Assembly: GCA_018303425.1 (NCBI GenBank)
Contig: JAGVYF010000033.1
Span: 1 to 58,200, forward strand
Origin: Candidatus Woesearchaeota archaeon
Lineage (GTDB): Archaea > Nanobdellota > Nanobdellia > Woesearchaeales > JAGVYF01
Length of the DNA stretch: 58,200 nucleotides
Direction: 5' to 3'
Below the pieces are notes generated by a model. The model was not told the DNA's origin. It saw only the letters and a program-made list of their open reading frames with translations, and made no database searches. Position numbers and translations under genes: made by a program. Shown here piece by piece: positions 17,038-26,299 of this stretch (position 1 is its first letter; each line of letters starts with the position of its first letter).

Positions 17038-17766
17038 CTAAACTATATCCACCTGAACATCCCCATGTGAAAACGAATTTACCTGGTCAATCAAATCATT
17101 CATTAACCCTGCAGGAGTTTGCACCACGCATGTAAGAGAACCATCATTGTTCCAGTCTTCTTTTAAAACTGTAGCAATTCTTCTTAAAAAAGATGGAGCT
17201 TTTACCGCATATTTTTTACTAAACCGAATTTTGAGTTCTTTAATCTCAAGTTTAATAGGTATAACTTTTTGTAAATCTTTTATTACTCTGTTAACTTGAT
17301 CTTCTGCGCTTTTATACTCTTCAATTTTAATGTTTTCTTGTTCAAGCGCATTTTCTATCCGTTCAATTGGGATTGGCGCATTTGTTCTGCCGTCAATTCC
17401 ATTGTTATGTATATGCTGTATTATCTGCCGCCTCTTTTGCTCTCTTATTTTTGCCCTATACTCTTGCGTAAGTTGTATTTCGCCTTCTCTTAAAATTACC
17501 TCTCCAATCTTATAAACATCATCGGTTTTGAAAAGTTCCTTAAGTAAATGTTCAGATGCTTTCATTCCCCGTTTTGCATCTTTAAAAATGTTGTCAGTGA
17601 GCAGTACATCCCTAATCTCAATATCCTTTCCCTCAAGAAATTCCATAGCTTTATCAGCATCAATTGATACTTCAAACCTTTCTCCCCCTTTCTTTAGCCT
17701 TGCCAAATGAAAATGTTCTGGTTCATCCTTTGAAAATATTTCTTGTCCTTTTTGCATTTTGTTCAC
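17038..17766 (-). CDS. SBDS-family ribosome maturation protein
   Basis: It contains ARLKKGGERFEVSIDADKAMEFLEGKD and occupies the conserved position in the exosome superoperon. Confidence 0.85.
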   Translation of the reverse strand: MNKMQKGQEIFSKDEPEHFHLARLKKGGERFEVSIDADKAMEFLEGKDIEIRDVLLTDNIFKDAKRGMKASEHLLKELFKTDDVYKIGEVILREGEIQLTQEYRAKIREQKRRQIIQHIHNNGIDGRTNAPIPIERIENALEQENIKIEEYKSAEDQVNRVIKDLQKVIPIKLEIKELKIRFSKKYAVKAPSFLRRIATVLKEDWNNDGSLTCVVQTPAGLMNDLIDQVNSFSHGDVQVDIV

Positions 17767-18509
17767 TTCTTTTTAGTTCCTTTTAGCATTTTTTCAATTT
17801 GTAATGGTGTTAACCTTACAAACTCTCGATTTTCAGTCTTTATGTATGCTGCATCTAATCTTTCGCTTGATAATTCTTTACCTAAAACTTTGCTTAAAGA
17901 ATTAATTGCCAGCCTGAATCCATCTTCAATTGTAATGTCATTTGAATATTCACTGTACAAAATCTCCTCAATTTCAGGTTCAACATCGCCTATTGCTTTA
18001 GCTCTATACCTAAAATAAATTCCTGCAGGATCAGTTTCATATAAAACCGGCCCTGTTTCATCAACCCCAATTATTAAAGTTGAAACTCCAAAAGGCCTCA
18101 AACCCCCGGATTGGGTGCATAACTGTTTTAAATCACATATATCTTTTACGATTGTAAGAATGTCTATAGGAGAATCATATGTTACCTTATTTTGTTGGGC
18201 CCTTACTTGCGCCCTTTCAATGAGCACTCTTGCATCAGACACCATTCCTGCTGCAGTCGCACCAATGTGAGAATCGATGTTCCATATCTTTTCAACAGCT
18301 TCAGGAATTATTAATTTATCAACTAACCTTTTATCAGCTACAAGTATTACTCCGTCTTTACATACCATTCCGATTGCAGTAGAACCCTGCCTGACCATTT
18401 TTCTTGCATATTCAACCTGTAATAATCTTCCATCCGGACTGAACATAACCGCTGCCCTATCATACCCCATCATTTGATGTTGTGTTTGTTGGTTTGATTG
18501 CATTTTCAT
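17763..18509 (-). CDS. psmA: Proteasome subunit alpha
   Basis: It contains YDRAAVMFSPDGRLLQVEYA. Confidence 0.9.
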   Translation of the reverse strand: MKMQSNQQTQHQMMGYDRAAVMFSPDGRLLQVEYARKMVRQGSTAIGMVCKDGVILVADKRLVDKLIIPEAVEKIWNIDSHIGATAAGMVSDARVLIERAQVRAQQNKVTYDSPIDILTIVKDICDLKQLCTQSGGLRPFGVSTLIIGVDETGPVLYETDPAGIYFRYRAKAIGDVEPEIEEILYSEYSNDITIEDGFRLAINSLSKVLGKELSSERLDAAYIKTENREFVRLTPLQIEKMLKGTKKK

Positions 18510-18632
18510 TACACCTCATTATTATATTTTTTATATTTTTGATTTGTCATGTTTTTTATTTCTCGATTAATTTAATTAAAAATACAGGCATTTGAATAAA
18601 GTGAGATTTGCTTGCATTTTGTTGCACCCCAG

Positions 18633-18989
18633 TCATAAATTAATCATTTGTTTTTTTGCTTTATCAATTATTCCTGATACCGTAATAGATTTGATAAGTA
18701 CCGGTTTCTCGTTAATCATTGTGATTAACATTAAGGCAGTTTTAAGTTGATTGACATATTTATTTCCAACTCTAATAATGCCTGATTGTTTTTCAATATC
18801 ATAAGTTTCTTTTAATATTTGCACACCTGCATCAGCCAGACCTTTCTGGCCAAAATAACTGACTATTTCATTTTTGATTTCTCTTAACACATCAATAATT
18901 GGCATTTTTGTATTTGATAATACTTTGAATACAAGGTATCTTTTCTTTTCTCTAAGGCAAGGTAAGAGCCTTTTCATGGTTTTTGCCAT
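18633..18989 (-). CDS. RNase P protein component 2 (Pop5/Rnp2)
   Basis: It is 118 aa and contains LPCLREKKRYLVFKV. It is the first gene of the proteasome/exosome superoperon. Confidence 0.75.
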   Translation of the reverse strand: MAKTMKRLLPCLREKKRYLVFKVLSNTKMPIIDVLREIKNEIVSYFGQKGLADAGVQILKETYDIEKQSGIIRVGNKYVNQLKTALMLITMINEKPVLIKSITVSGIIDKAKKQMINL

Positions 18990-19190
18990 TTTAAAATCTG
19001 TTTTTGGTTAACAGAGAAAAAATAATAGTTCTTTCTCTTCTTTATATCTCCGAATTTATATAGATGGCACGTCTTTATAAATGTATCGGTAATCCCCCTG
19101 TTCTAAAATGAAAGTCCATATATCAACAGATTATAAATTTGAAATAAAGTAGTATCTTATTTAAATTTTAAAATAATGCGTCCAATTGTT

Positions 19191-19661
19191 CTATTTTTGA
19201 TATATGGAAATTAATGATCTGGTATTGTCTATGCCTTCCACTAATTGTAATTTTCCAAGTAATACCTTATTGAATTCTTCCACATCTTTAACCCTAATTA
19301 CAACAACTAAATCTGCCCCCCCCGTTGTTATGTCTACTTTTTCAACAAAATGAAACTTTTTAATTTCATCCGCCAAATCATATTGCGTTCTTTTTTTTTC
19401 TTTCAGCGCAGATAAATTGGCAGTAATTAATACATAGACTAAAAACCCTTTATTTATCTTCTTGTAATCCGGCTCTATTGTATATTTTTTAATAACTCCA
19501 GTTTTTCTCATTTTTTTAATCCTGTTGTGTATAGTAGTAACTGGCAATAATGTTTTTCTAGCAATTTCCCTGGTCGTATATTCAGAATTATTTTTTAAAA
19601 TCTCTAAAATTTGTAGATCTTTTTTGTCTAATTTGTGTTCCATATGGAACATACGTCCCAT
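19191..19661 (-). CDS. Lrp/AsnC family transcriptional regulator
   Basis: It has an HTH (LDKKDLQILEILKNNSEYTTREIARKTLLPVTTIHNRIKKMRKTGVIKKYT) plus a RAM/ACT-like C-terminal domain. The true start may be the ATG at 19643. Confidence 0.85.
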   Translation of the reverse strand: MGRMFHMEHKLDKKDLQILEILKNNSEYTTREIARKTLLPVTTIHNRIKKMRKTGVIKKYTIEPDYKKINKGFLVYVLITANLSALKEKKRTQYDLADEIKKFHFVEKVDITTGGADLVVVIRVKDVEEFNKVLLGKLQLVEGIDNTRSLISIYQK

Positions 19662-19747
19662 TAATTATATAAATCTTACTATTATTGGACGATTTTTCAA
19701 TAAATTAATCGTTATTTTTATAAATAATTTAAGTTTGTATTATATCC

Positions 19748-20461
19748 ATGATGAGTCTTGAAGCTATTGCATCGGAAAACAAAATGCCTGCGCATTATGA
19801 AAATGAAGAAAAGATACAGGCAGAAAGGCGATATATATTAGATGTTGCAAATACATTAAACATACCATTGAGAATTCTCCAACATCCATATGCCACTAAA
19901 ACTTGTCAGGAAAAATATTGGTTATTATTAAAAACGCATCCGGAAAATTCATGGACTCCAAAACAAATGGTTAAATCAGTTTTTGCTGATATTAGTTGGG
20001 AGCTTTATTTATTTGTATTTCCAGAAATACTTGAACCAAATAAAAAATTTAAAATGGGAAACCAAAAAACAAAACAATTAACTCAAGAAAGCATTAATTA
20101 TTTATTTGACCGGTTTAAAATTCCAATAAGATATTCTTTAGAAATGTCTAACGGTTCAGTCTGCATTCCAAACCAAATGGAATATGGCACTTGCACCCCG
20201 TTTCTTTCCCGCTCAGAAATGGACCCTTGCCGCGAAATAAATGAAATATATCTGGGCATTAAAGATATATTTATACATGAAGATCAGAGTCTGGATGATG
20301 AACTTGTTGATGTTTCAATAGGAGGCAAAGGTAACGAAGCGCAAAAGTTGTCAGTACAGCTACCTTATGCAGGAATATATAAAATTCTAGAAATGCAATA
20401 CCCCGGAAAAGTGTATAAAGCAGATTTCTGGAATTATGAAAAAAAAGGTGAAACAAAATGA
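19748..20461 (+). CDS. Hypothetical protein, translationally coupled to asnA
   Basis: It is a 237-aa ORF with coding-like composition. Its stop overlaps the asnA start (ATGA at 20458-20461). I recognise no motif with confidence. Confidence 0.5.
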   Translation: MMSLEAIASENKMPAHYENEEKIQAERRYILDVANTLNIPLRILQHPYATKTCQEKYWLLLKTHPENSWTPKQMVKSVFADISWELYLFVFPEILEPNKKFKMGNQKTKQLTQESINYLFDRFKIPIRYSLEMSNGSVCIPNQMEYGTCTPFLSRSEMDPCREINEIYLGIKDIFIHEDQSLDDELVDVSIGGKGNEAQKLSVQLPYAGIYKILEMQYPGKVYKADFWNYEKKGETK

Positions 20462-21486
20462 ACTCATTTCCAAAAAAATATAAACCAAAATTAAATTTGC
20501 GTGAAACTGAAAAAGCAATAAAATTTGTTAAAGATGAATTTGAATTAAGTTTATCTGAAATGTTAAACTTAGAACGAGTTTCGGCTCCCCGGTTTCTCGA
20601 AACAGGAACGGGTTTACAGGATGACTTGGCAGGTACACAGAATCCCGTGAGGTTTGAAACCAAATTTTCGAAATCTCCCATTGAAGTTGTGCATAGTTTG
20701 GCTAAATGGAAACGTGATGCGCTTGGCAGGTACGGTTTTCAGCGGGGAACTGGGCTTTATACCGACATGGATGCAATAAGAAAAGATGAAGATATTAGCC
20801 CAATACATAGTATTTATGTTGATCAATGGGACTGGGAAAAAGTTATAGGGCCCGGAGACAGGCATTTAATATATTTAGAGAACACTGTACAAAAAATATA
20901 TGCTGCGATGGGTTATGTTAACAGAATTCTCGGGGAAGAATTCCCTGTTCTTAAAAGAGACCTCCCTCCAAAAATGACTTTTGTTCATTCTGAAGATTTG
21001 GCAAATGAATTTCCTAACTTAACCCCGCATGAACGTGAACATGAACTTGCCCGAAAATATGGAGCGGCATTTTTAATAGGCATAGGCTATCCACTGGATA
21101 ATGGCAACCCGCATGATTTACGCGCAGCTGATTACGACGATTGGTCTAGTGAAACATCTGACGGAAAATATGGATTAAACGGAGATATCATTGTATGGGA
21201 TGATGTGCGTGAAACTTCACTTGAACTTTCTTCAATGGGTATCAGAGTTGACAGCGATTCATTGTCAAGACAATTACAAATGCATAACCTCATGGATCGT
21301 TTAAATCTTGAATTTCATAAAGGTATAATTTTAAACAAATTACCCTTAACAATTGGCGGCGGAATTGGACAATCACGCCTATGCATGTATTTCCTGCAGA
21401 AAGCCCACATCGGTGAAGTTCAATCAAGTGTTTGGCCAAAAAAAGTAAAAGATGATTTTAACAAACAAGGAGTTGGTTTACTTTAA
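20458..21486 (+). CDS. asnA: Aspartate-ammonia ligase (asparagine synthetase A)
   Basis: It contains ..RETEKAIKFVKDEF..ERVSAPRFLETGTGLQDDL..IHSIYVDQWDWEKVI..GGGIGQSRLCMYFL. Confidence 0.85.
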   Translation: MNSFPKKYKPKLNLRETEKAIKFVKDEFELSLSEMLNLERVSAPRFLETGTGLQDDLAGTQNPVRFETKFSKSPIEVVHSLAKWKRDALGRYGFQRGTGLYTDMDAIRKDEDISPIHSIYVDQWDWEKVIGPGDRHLIYLENTVQKIYAAMGYVNRILGEEFPVLKRDLPPKMTFVHSEDLANEFPNLTPHEREHELARKYGAAFLIGIGYPLDNGNPHDLRAADYDDWSSETSDGKYGLNGDIIVWDDVRETSLELSSMGIRVDSDSLSRQLQMHNLMDRLNLEFHKGIILNKLPLTIGGGIGQSRLCMYFLQKAHIGEVQSSVWPKKVKDDFNKQGVGLL

Positions 21487-22754
21487 GCGCGAAGGTCAAA
21501 TTTAGTTATTTTACTTATTTTTATATCTACTTTTTGTCCAAGCTCATAATTCCCTTCAAGAACTATGGGCTTATACGCATAATTTCTTGCAACCCATGTG
21601 CCATTAATCCCCTGTTCATCAACAATAACTGTACCCTTCCAATTATACCATCTTTCATTCCTCATATACGCAATATTATGAAATATTGAAGTTATTAAAG
21701 CGCTGCGATTCTTAGCCTCTGCGCTTTCAATCTGTTCATCCATTTTTTTGGCCAATGTGTTTTCTCGCGCACGGAATCTGGAAATATGCAGCACATCTGG
21801 ATTTATCCACTTGATTAAATCTACTGTATTACTAAACTGGTTCCGCGATTCAGAAGGAAAGCCTATAATTATATCTGTTGCAATTGTTATTTCTGGAATT
21901 TTATCACGAAAATTTTCAATAACTTTCTTAAACTCGCCTGTCATATAATCTCTCTTCATCTTTTTTAAAATTCCATCATCTCCTGATTGCAACGGCAAGT
22001 GCAGAAACTTAAACATTTTTTCATGTGTATAAACTTTAATTAAATCATCCATTATAGGTAAAACATTGTTTGGATTCATCATCCCCAACCTTACCCTAAA
22101 ATTTCCGACAATTTTTAAAATTTGGTTTAATAATTCAACTAATTTGTTTTCATTATTATCCAAGCCATAACATGCATTATCCTGGCTGGTTATCCAAATC
22201 TCTTTACAACCTTTGATAATAGCTCTGCGCGCTTCTGATACTATATCTTCAATCGGGTATGAAACAAGCTTGCCCTTCACTTTGTGCACAGAACAGTATG
22301 AACATGAACCATTACACCCGGATAAAATTGGAATTATTGAGATTATCTTATTTTTCCTGACTCTCGGTAAATTAATTTTTACATCAGCATTGTATGTTAA
22401 AACTTCAACGGGATTATCATTTATGGTTTCTTCAACAACAGAAACAATCTCTTTAATGTTATGAGTGGAAATGAAACTTGCATCGCCGCAAATTTGTTTT
22501 ACCTCTTTAACAACCTCTTTAGTCAAACACCCGGAAACAACAATTTTTTTATGGGGAAATTGTTCATGCAAAACTTTAACATGCTTAATTGCGCCATAGT
22601 CTCCTTTTACAGTGCAAACATTAACTATTAACAAATAAGCATCTTCAGCATTTTCTACTTGTTTAAATTCATATTGTTCAAGCAACCCCGCCATTACTTC
22701 ACTTTCAGATAAATTGGTGCTGCACCCATAAGATTCAATGTAAAAGCATATCAT
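21483..22754 (-). CDS. Radical-SAM tRNA methylthiotransferase, archaeal MiaB-like/MtaB type
   Basis: It has an N-terminal UPF0004 domain (ESYGCSTN..VNVCTV), a radical SAM cluster (CNGSCSYCSV) and a C-terminal TRAM-like domain. Confidence 0.85.
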   Translation of the reverse strand: MICFYIESYGCSTNLSESEVMAGLLEQYEFKQVENAEDAYLLIVNVCTVKGDYGAIKHVKVLHEQFPHKKIVVSGCLTKEVVKEVKQICGDASFISTHNIKEIVSVVEETINDNPVEVLTYNADVKINLPRVRKNKIISIIPILSGCNGSCSYCSVHKVKGKLVSYPIEDIVSEARRAIIKGCKEIWITSQDNACYGLDNNENKLVELLNQILKIVGNFRVRLGMMNPNNVLPIMDDLIKVYTHEKMFKFLHLPLQSGDDGILKKMKRDYMTGEFKKVIENFRDKIPEITIATDIIIGFPSESRNQFSNTVDLIKWINPDVLHISRFRARENTLAKKMDEQIESAEAKNRSALITSIFHNIAYMRNERWYNWKGTVIVDEQGINGTWVARNYAYKPIVLEGNYELGQKVDIKISKITKFDLRA

Positions 22755-23362
22755 AATTCTCCTCTAATCTGTTCAATCATCTCTTTATAATCATCAAAAT
22801 AATCTGCGCCAATGTCATATTGATATTTTTCTTTGATAATTGACGAGCCTCTTGCAAATATTAAGTCGCTTGCAGTTAATACTTTGTAACCTTTCCTTTT
22901 GGCAGTTCGGGCAGTTTCATATACACAAAATTCGGCATAAAGTCCTGTCAAGCATAATTTACTAGCCCCCCATTTATTTAATACTTCTTCAAGCGCTCTT
23001 TCAGAGAAACCATCCATTTCTTTTTTTACCAAATATAAATGTTGGGGAATTTTTTCAATTTGAGACGATACTCTGCCCAATGTTAACCCGAACCTATCCA
23101 TTTGTAATGCAATAGTTGGAATATTATATTCTTGACAAAATTTCAATATTTTAATATTTGGCAGGATCAAGTTTTTTTCAACGGCGTTTCTGGATGTTTC
23201 TTTAATACTGGACTTTAAAAAACGTTGTTGTATGTCAATCACTATTAGAGCATAATCAGTTTCTTGCCTAATGCATTCTTCCAAACTTATGTTTGTTACT
23301 GGTTTGAATGGCAAAAAATCTTTGTCCTTAAAATAAATTTGGCTTCCCATTTTACGTCCCAT
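22751..23362 (-). CDS. Isochorismatase-family cysteine hydrolase
   Basis: It contains ALIVIDIQQRF and CLTGLYAEFCVYETARTAKRKGYKV. Confidence 0.75.
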   Translation of the reverse strand: MGRKMGSQIYFKDKDFLPFKPVTNISLEECIRQETDYALIVIDIQQRFLKSSIKETSRNAVEKNLILPNIKILKFCQEYNIPTIALQMDRFGLTLGRVSSQIEKIPQHLYLVKKEMDGFSERALEEVLNKWGASKLCLTGLYAEFCVYETARTAKRKGYKVLTASDLIFARGSSIIKEKYQYDIGADYFDDYKEMIEQIRGEL

Positions 23363-23402
23363 AATCCAAAGAATTCTTTAAACTCTATATAAAACTTACT
23401 TC

Positions 23403-23451
23403 ATATTAGTTGCGGACAAAAGTTTAGTATATATTTTTCCGCAACTAATAT
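23403..23451. promoter_or_regulatory. Perfect 14-bp inverted repeat bracketing a TATA-like box
   Basis: ATATTAGTTGCGGA (23403-23416) and TCCGCAACTAATAT (23438-23451) flank ..TTTAGTATATATTT... The site lies 40-90 nt upstream of the isochorismatase gene start. Confidence 0.4.
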
Positions 23452-23750
23452 TTGAAAGACATTTTATATTATACTATACCTATGTCTTTCATTATATTGC
23501 ACATAGAAAATCAGGCGCAAAAAAAATAACCCCATTTCCAGAAAACTAATCATTCTCTTTATTCAACAAACCCAGCTTATCTTTTGTCAAATATCAATCA
23601 CCGAACCGGAACAAATTTTTAATAAACAGACTTTCGGCATACTTCTCATAATTTATTACCGGCATAATATATTAGGGTTTAGAACAACAGCGCAGCACAA
23701 ACATAAACTATATAAACTAAACTCAATATTTAGCAATTTAGGCGCTTATC

Positions 23751-25157
23751 ATGAAAGAATTATTACAAAAAATTAACAATTACGAATGGATTCTCCCAAA
23801 GACAGCAAGAAAAGAAATGCGTGTTGAAGGAAAACTAATTGCGAATAAGGCTATTTTTGATGCAATGGAATCTGAAACAATACATCAATTAAGCAACGTA
23901 TGTTGTTTGCCGGGAGTAGCAAGTCCGGTTTGCGCTTTGCCTGATGCTCATATAGGTTATGGATTACCGATGGGAGCGGTTGCGGCATTCGATGCTAAAG
24001 AGGGAATTATTTCTTCAGGGTTATGCGGTTTTGACATTAACTGCGGTATTAATACTATTAAAACTAATTTGACCTATGATGAAGTTAAAGATAAAATGCA
24101 AGAGCTTATTCCTGCGCTTTTCAAAGCAGTGCCCTGTGGTGTGGGCAGTAAAGGAAAACTTAGACTTGAAAATAGCCAATTGTTGGAAGTTATGAATAGG
24201 GGGGTTGACTGGGCAATTGAAAATGGATATGGGGTAAAAGAAGATGCCAAACATATGGAAGAAAAAGGCAATATGCCTGGCGCAGATACCGGTAAAGTTT
24301 CAGATATGGCATTTAAGAGAGGTAAACCTCAGCTTGGCACACTTGGAGCAGGCAACCACTTTTTAGAGATACAAAAAGTATCAGAGATTTATGATAAAAA
24401 AACTGCAAAAAAATGGGGAATTACCGACCCTAATCAAGTGATGATTATGCTTCATTGCGGATCCCGCGGTTTAGGCCATCAAATTGCATCAGATTATTTA
24501 AAAATTCAGGAAGCTGCTGTTGACAAATATAAGATTTGGCTGCCTGACAAACAATTAGCATGCGCGCCTGCAACTTCCACAGAAGGCCAAGATTATTTTA
24601 GCGCGATGGTTTGCGCTGTCAATTATTCCTTTACAAACAGGCTTGTAATGACCCAATGGATTAGAGAAACATTTGAACAAGTTTTCAAGAAAGACTGGGA
24701 ATCAATGGGCATGCATACTCTTTATGGTCTGTGCCATAATGTTGTAAAACTTGAAGAACACAAAATCGATGGAAAAAAGAAAAAACTATATGTCCATAGA
24801 AAGGGAGCAACACGCGCATTTCCCGGAGATATTGCATTAATAGCAGGCAGCATGGGCACGTCTTCATACATTCTTGAAGGACAGCAAAAAGCTTTAGACA
24901 TCACATTTGGCAGCGCTTGCCATGGCGCAGGCAGAGCAATGTCAAGACATGAAGCAATCAGAACATTTAAGTCAGGAGAAGTAAAATCAAAACTTGCAAG
25001 TATGGGTATCACTGCAAAATCTGCAACTGCCCAGGGTTTAGCTGAAGAAGCTCCAGAAGCTTACAAGAATGTTACTGATGTAATTGCAAGCGTTGACGAG
25101 CCCGGAATTGCAAAGAAGATTGTCAGACTTGACCCTGTCGGCGTACTTAAGGGTTAA
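23751..25157 (+). CDS. rtcB: RNA-splicing ligase RtcB
   Basis: It contains PDAHIGYGLPMG, GAGNHFLE, HCGSRGLGHQ and CHGAGR. Confidence 0.95.
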   Translation: MKELLQKINNYEWILPKTARKEMRVEGKLIANKAIFDAMESETIHQLSNVCCLPGVASPVCALPDAHIGYGLPMGAVAAFDAKEGIISSGLCGFDINCGINTIKTNLTYDEVKDKMQELIPALFKAVPCGVGSKGKLRLENSQLLEVMNRGVDWAIENGYGVKEDAKHMEEKGNMPGADTGKVSDMAFKRGKPQLGTLGAGNHFLEIQKVSEIYDKKTAKKWGITDPNQVMIMLHCGSRGLGHQIASDYLKIQEAAVDKYKIWLPDKQLACAPATSTEGQDYFSAMVCAVNYSFTNRLVMTQWIRETFEQVFKKDWESMGMHTLYGLCHNVVKLEEHKIDGKKKKLYVHRKGATRAFPGDIALIAGSMGTSSYILEGQQKALDITFGSACHGAGRAMSRHEAIRTFKSGEVKSKLASMGITAKSATAQGLAEEAPEAYKNVTDVIASVDEPGIAKKIVRLDPVGVLKG

Positions 25158-25234
25158 AAATATTTTTGTATTCTTAATTTACCCAATAGAGCTTGCAAAG
25201 CCGGGATTAGAAAAAAACATATTTTGCGAAGAAG

Positions 25235-25604
25235 TTAATTTAAGCTCGATAAGTTGTCCTTAATTTTTTTAACACTCTCAACTAATTTCTTTTTTTCAAT
25301 TTCATTTAATTGAATTTGTTTAATTCCAAGAACTTCTGTATTTTTTATTCTGAATGGTAAACCAATCGCCACATTTTTTATTTCATAAAATGGTTGTTTC
25401 AAATAATGCGAAACATTAATTACCTCTTCTTTTTTCGAGGTTAGTTTTTTGAAGAAATTGGCAAACTCTTTTCCTACTATTTTAGAAGGAATTCCTACAA
25501 AGATTTTCTCTTTAATCGCGATTCATTTTCCAAAACATAATAAAATTAGGTGAAAGTCTACAATACATGGCAAGAAATTCTGAAAGAATTCCGCCGAATT
25601 TCAT
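25235..25604 (-). pseudogene. Possible frameshifted small gene (30-aa ATG-initiated ORF plus a 95-aa start-less ORF in the +1 frame)
   Basis: ORF 25512..25604 is MKFGGILSEFLAMYCRLSPNFIMFWKMNRD*. The frame at 25235..25522 (IAIKEKIFVGIPSKIVGKEFANFFKK..KIKDNLSSLN*) has no ATG/GTG/TTG near its 5' end and overlaps the first ORF by 11 nt. Confidence 0.3.
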
Positions 25605-25676
25605 ATCTCCGAAGATAATTTGCGATTATATTTGCTGGAAGTGTACAAAATTTAGAGTAGTGAAAAAATTATAAAA

Positions 25677-26231
25677 TTAACCCAGCCGAATATTGCTCTT
25701 AAAACTAGTTCCGAGAGCATGAAGCGACCTTTCAACGCTTTCAAAAATAACGCCGTCATATTTAATCATTGAATTATTTTGAAAAAGTCTCAATTCCGGA
25801 ATAAAGATATGCTGTTTAAATTTTATAGAATTTTTATTGAGATGTTCAAGTGTTTCATAATCTGGATTGGTTTCATGCACACCCTTTTGCACATAATAAC
25901 CGATATACCTGGAATCTGTTGTGAACGCTTTAATCTTATTTATATCCGCTTTTTTAATTTTCTCATAAGGTTCCATCATAAAGATCCAGTGACACGTTGC
26001 ATTTTTCAAAGCTTTATTACGCGCTTTAGAAAAATTATTGTCCCACACATGATGAATTACTTTGCATGACACATTATTCTCTTTTTCAAATCGTCCAACT
26101 TCTTCTAAAGTTTTGTCCCTTGAACCGGTATCAACAACAACAATCTCATGAGCAATATGTTTAACACTTTCTAAACTTGCCCTAATCGTATCACCATCAT
26201 TTTTTGTTAACATACAAATTGAAATTGACAT
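25677..26231 (-). CDS. Family 2 glycosyltransferase (short)
   Basis: It contains ISICMLTKNDGDTIRASLESVKHIAHEIVVVDTGSRDKT. Confidence 0.7.
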   Translation of the reverse strand: MSISICMLTKNDGDTIRASLESVKHIAHEIVVVDTGSRDKTLEEVGRFEKENNVSCKVIHHVWDNNFSKARNKALKNATCHWIFMMEPYEKIKKADINKIKAFTTDSRYIGYYVQKGVHETNPDYETLEHLNKNSIKFKQHIFIPELRLFQNNSMIKYDGVIFESVERSLHALGTSFKSNIRLG

Positions 26232-26299
26232 ATCCTTAATAAATAAAGTATCTGAGTTTTATATACTTTTTGGAGATTACATTATAAAGAACAACATCT

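Noticed and set aside
19096-19125. CCTGTTCTAAAATGAAAGTCCATATAT might be a sixth MITE-like left end, upstream of the exosome superoperon.
   Set aside because: It has only about 60-70 percent identity over a short stretch, and no matching right end.
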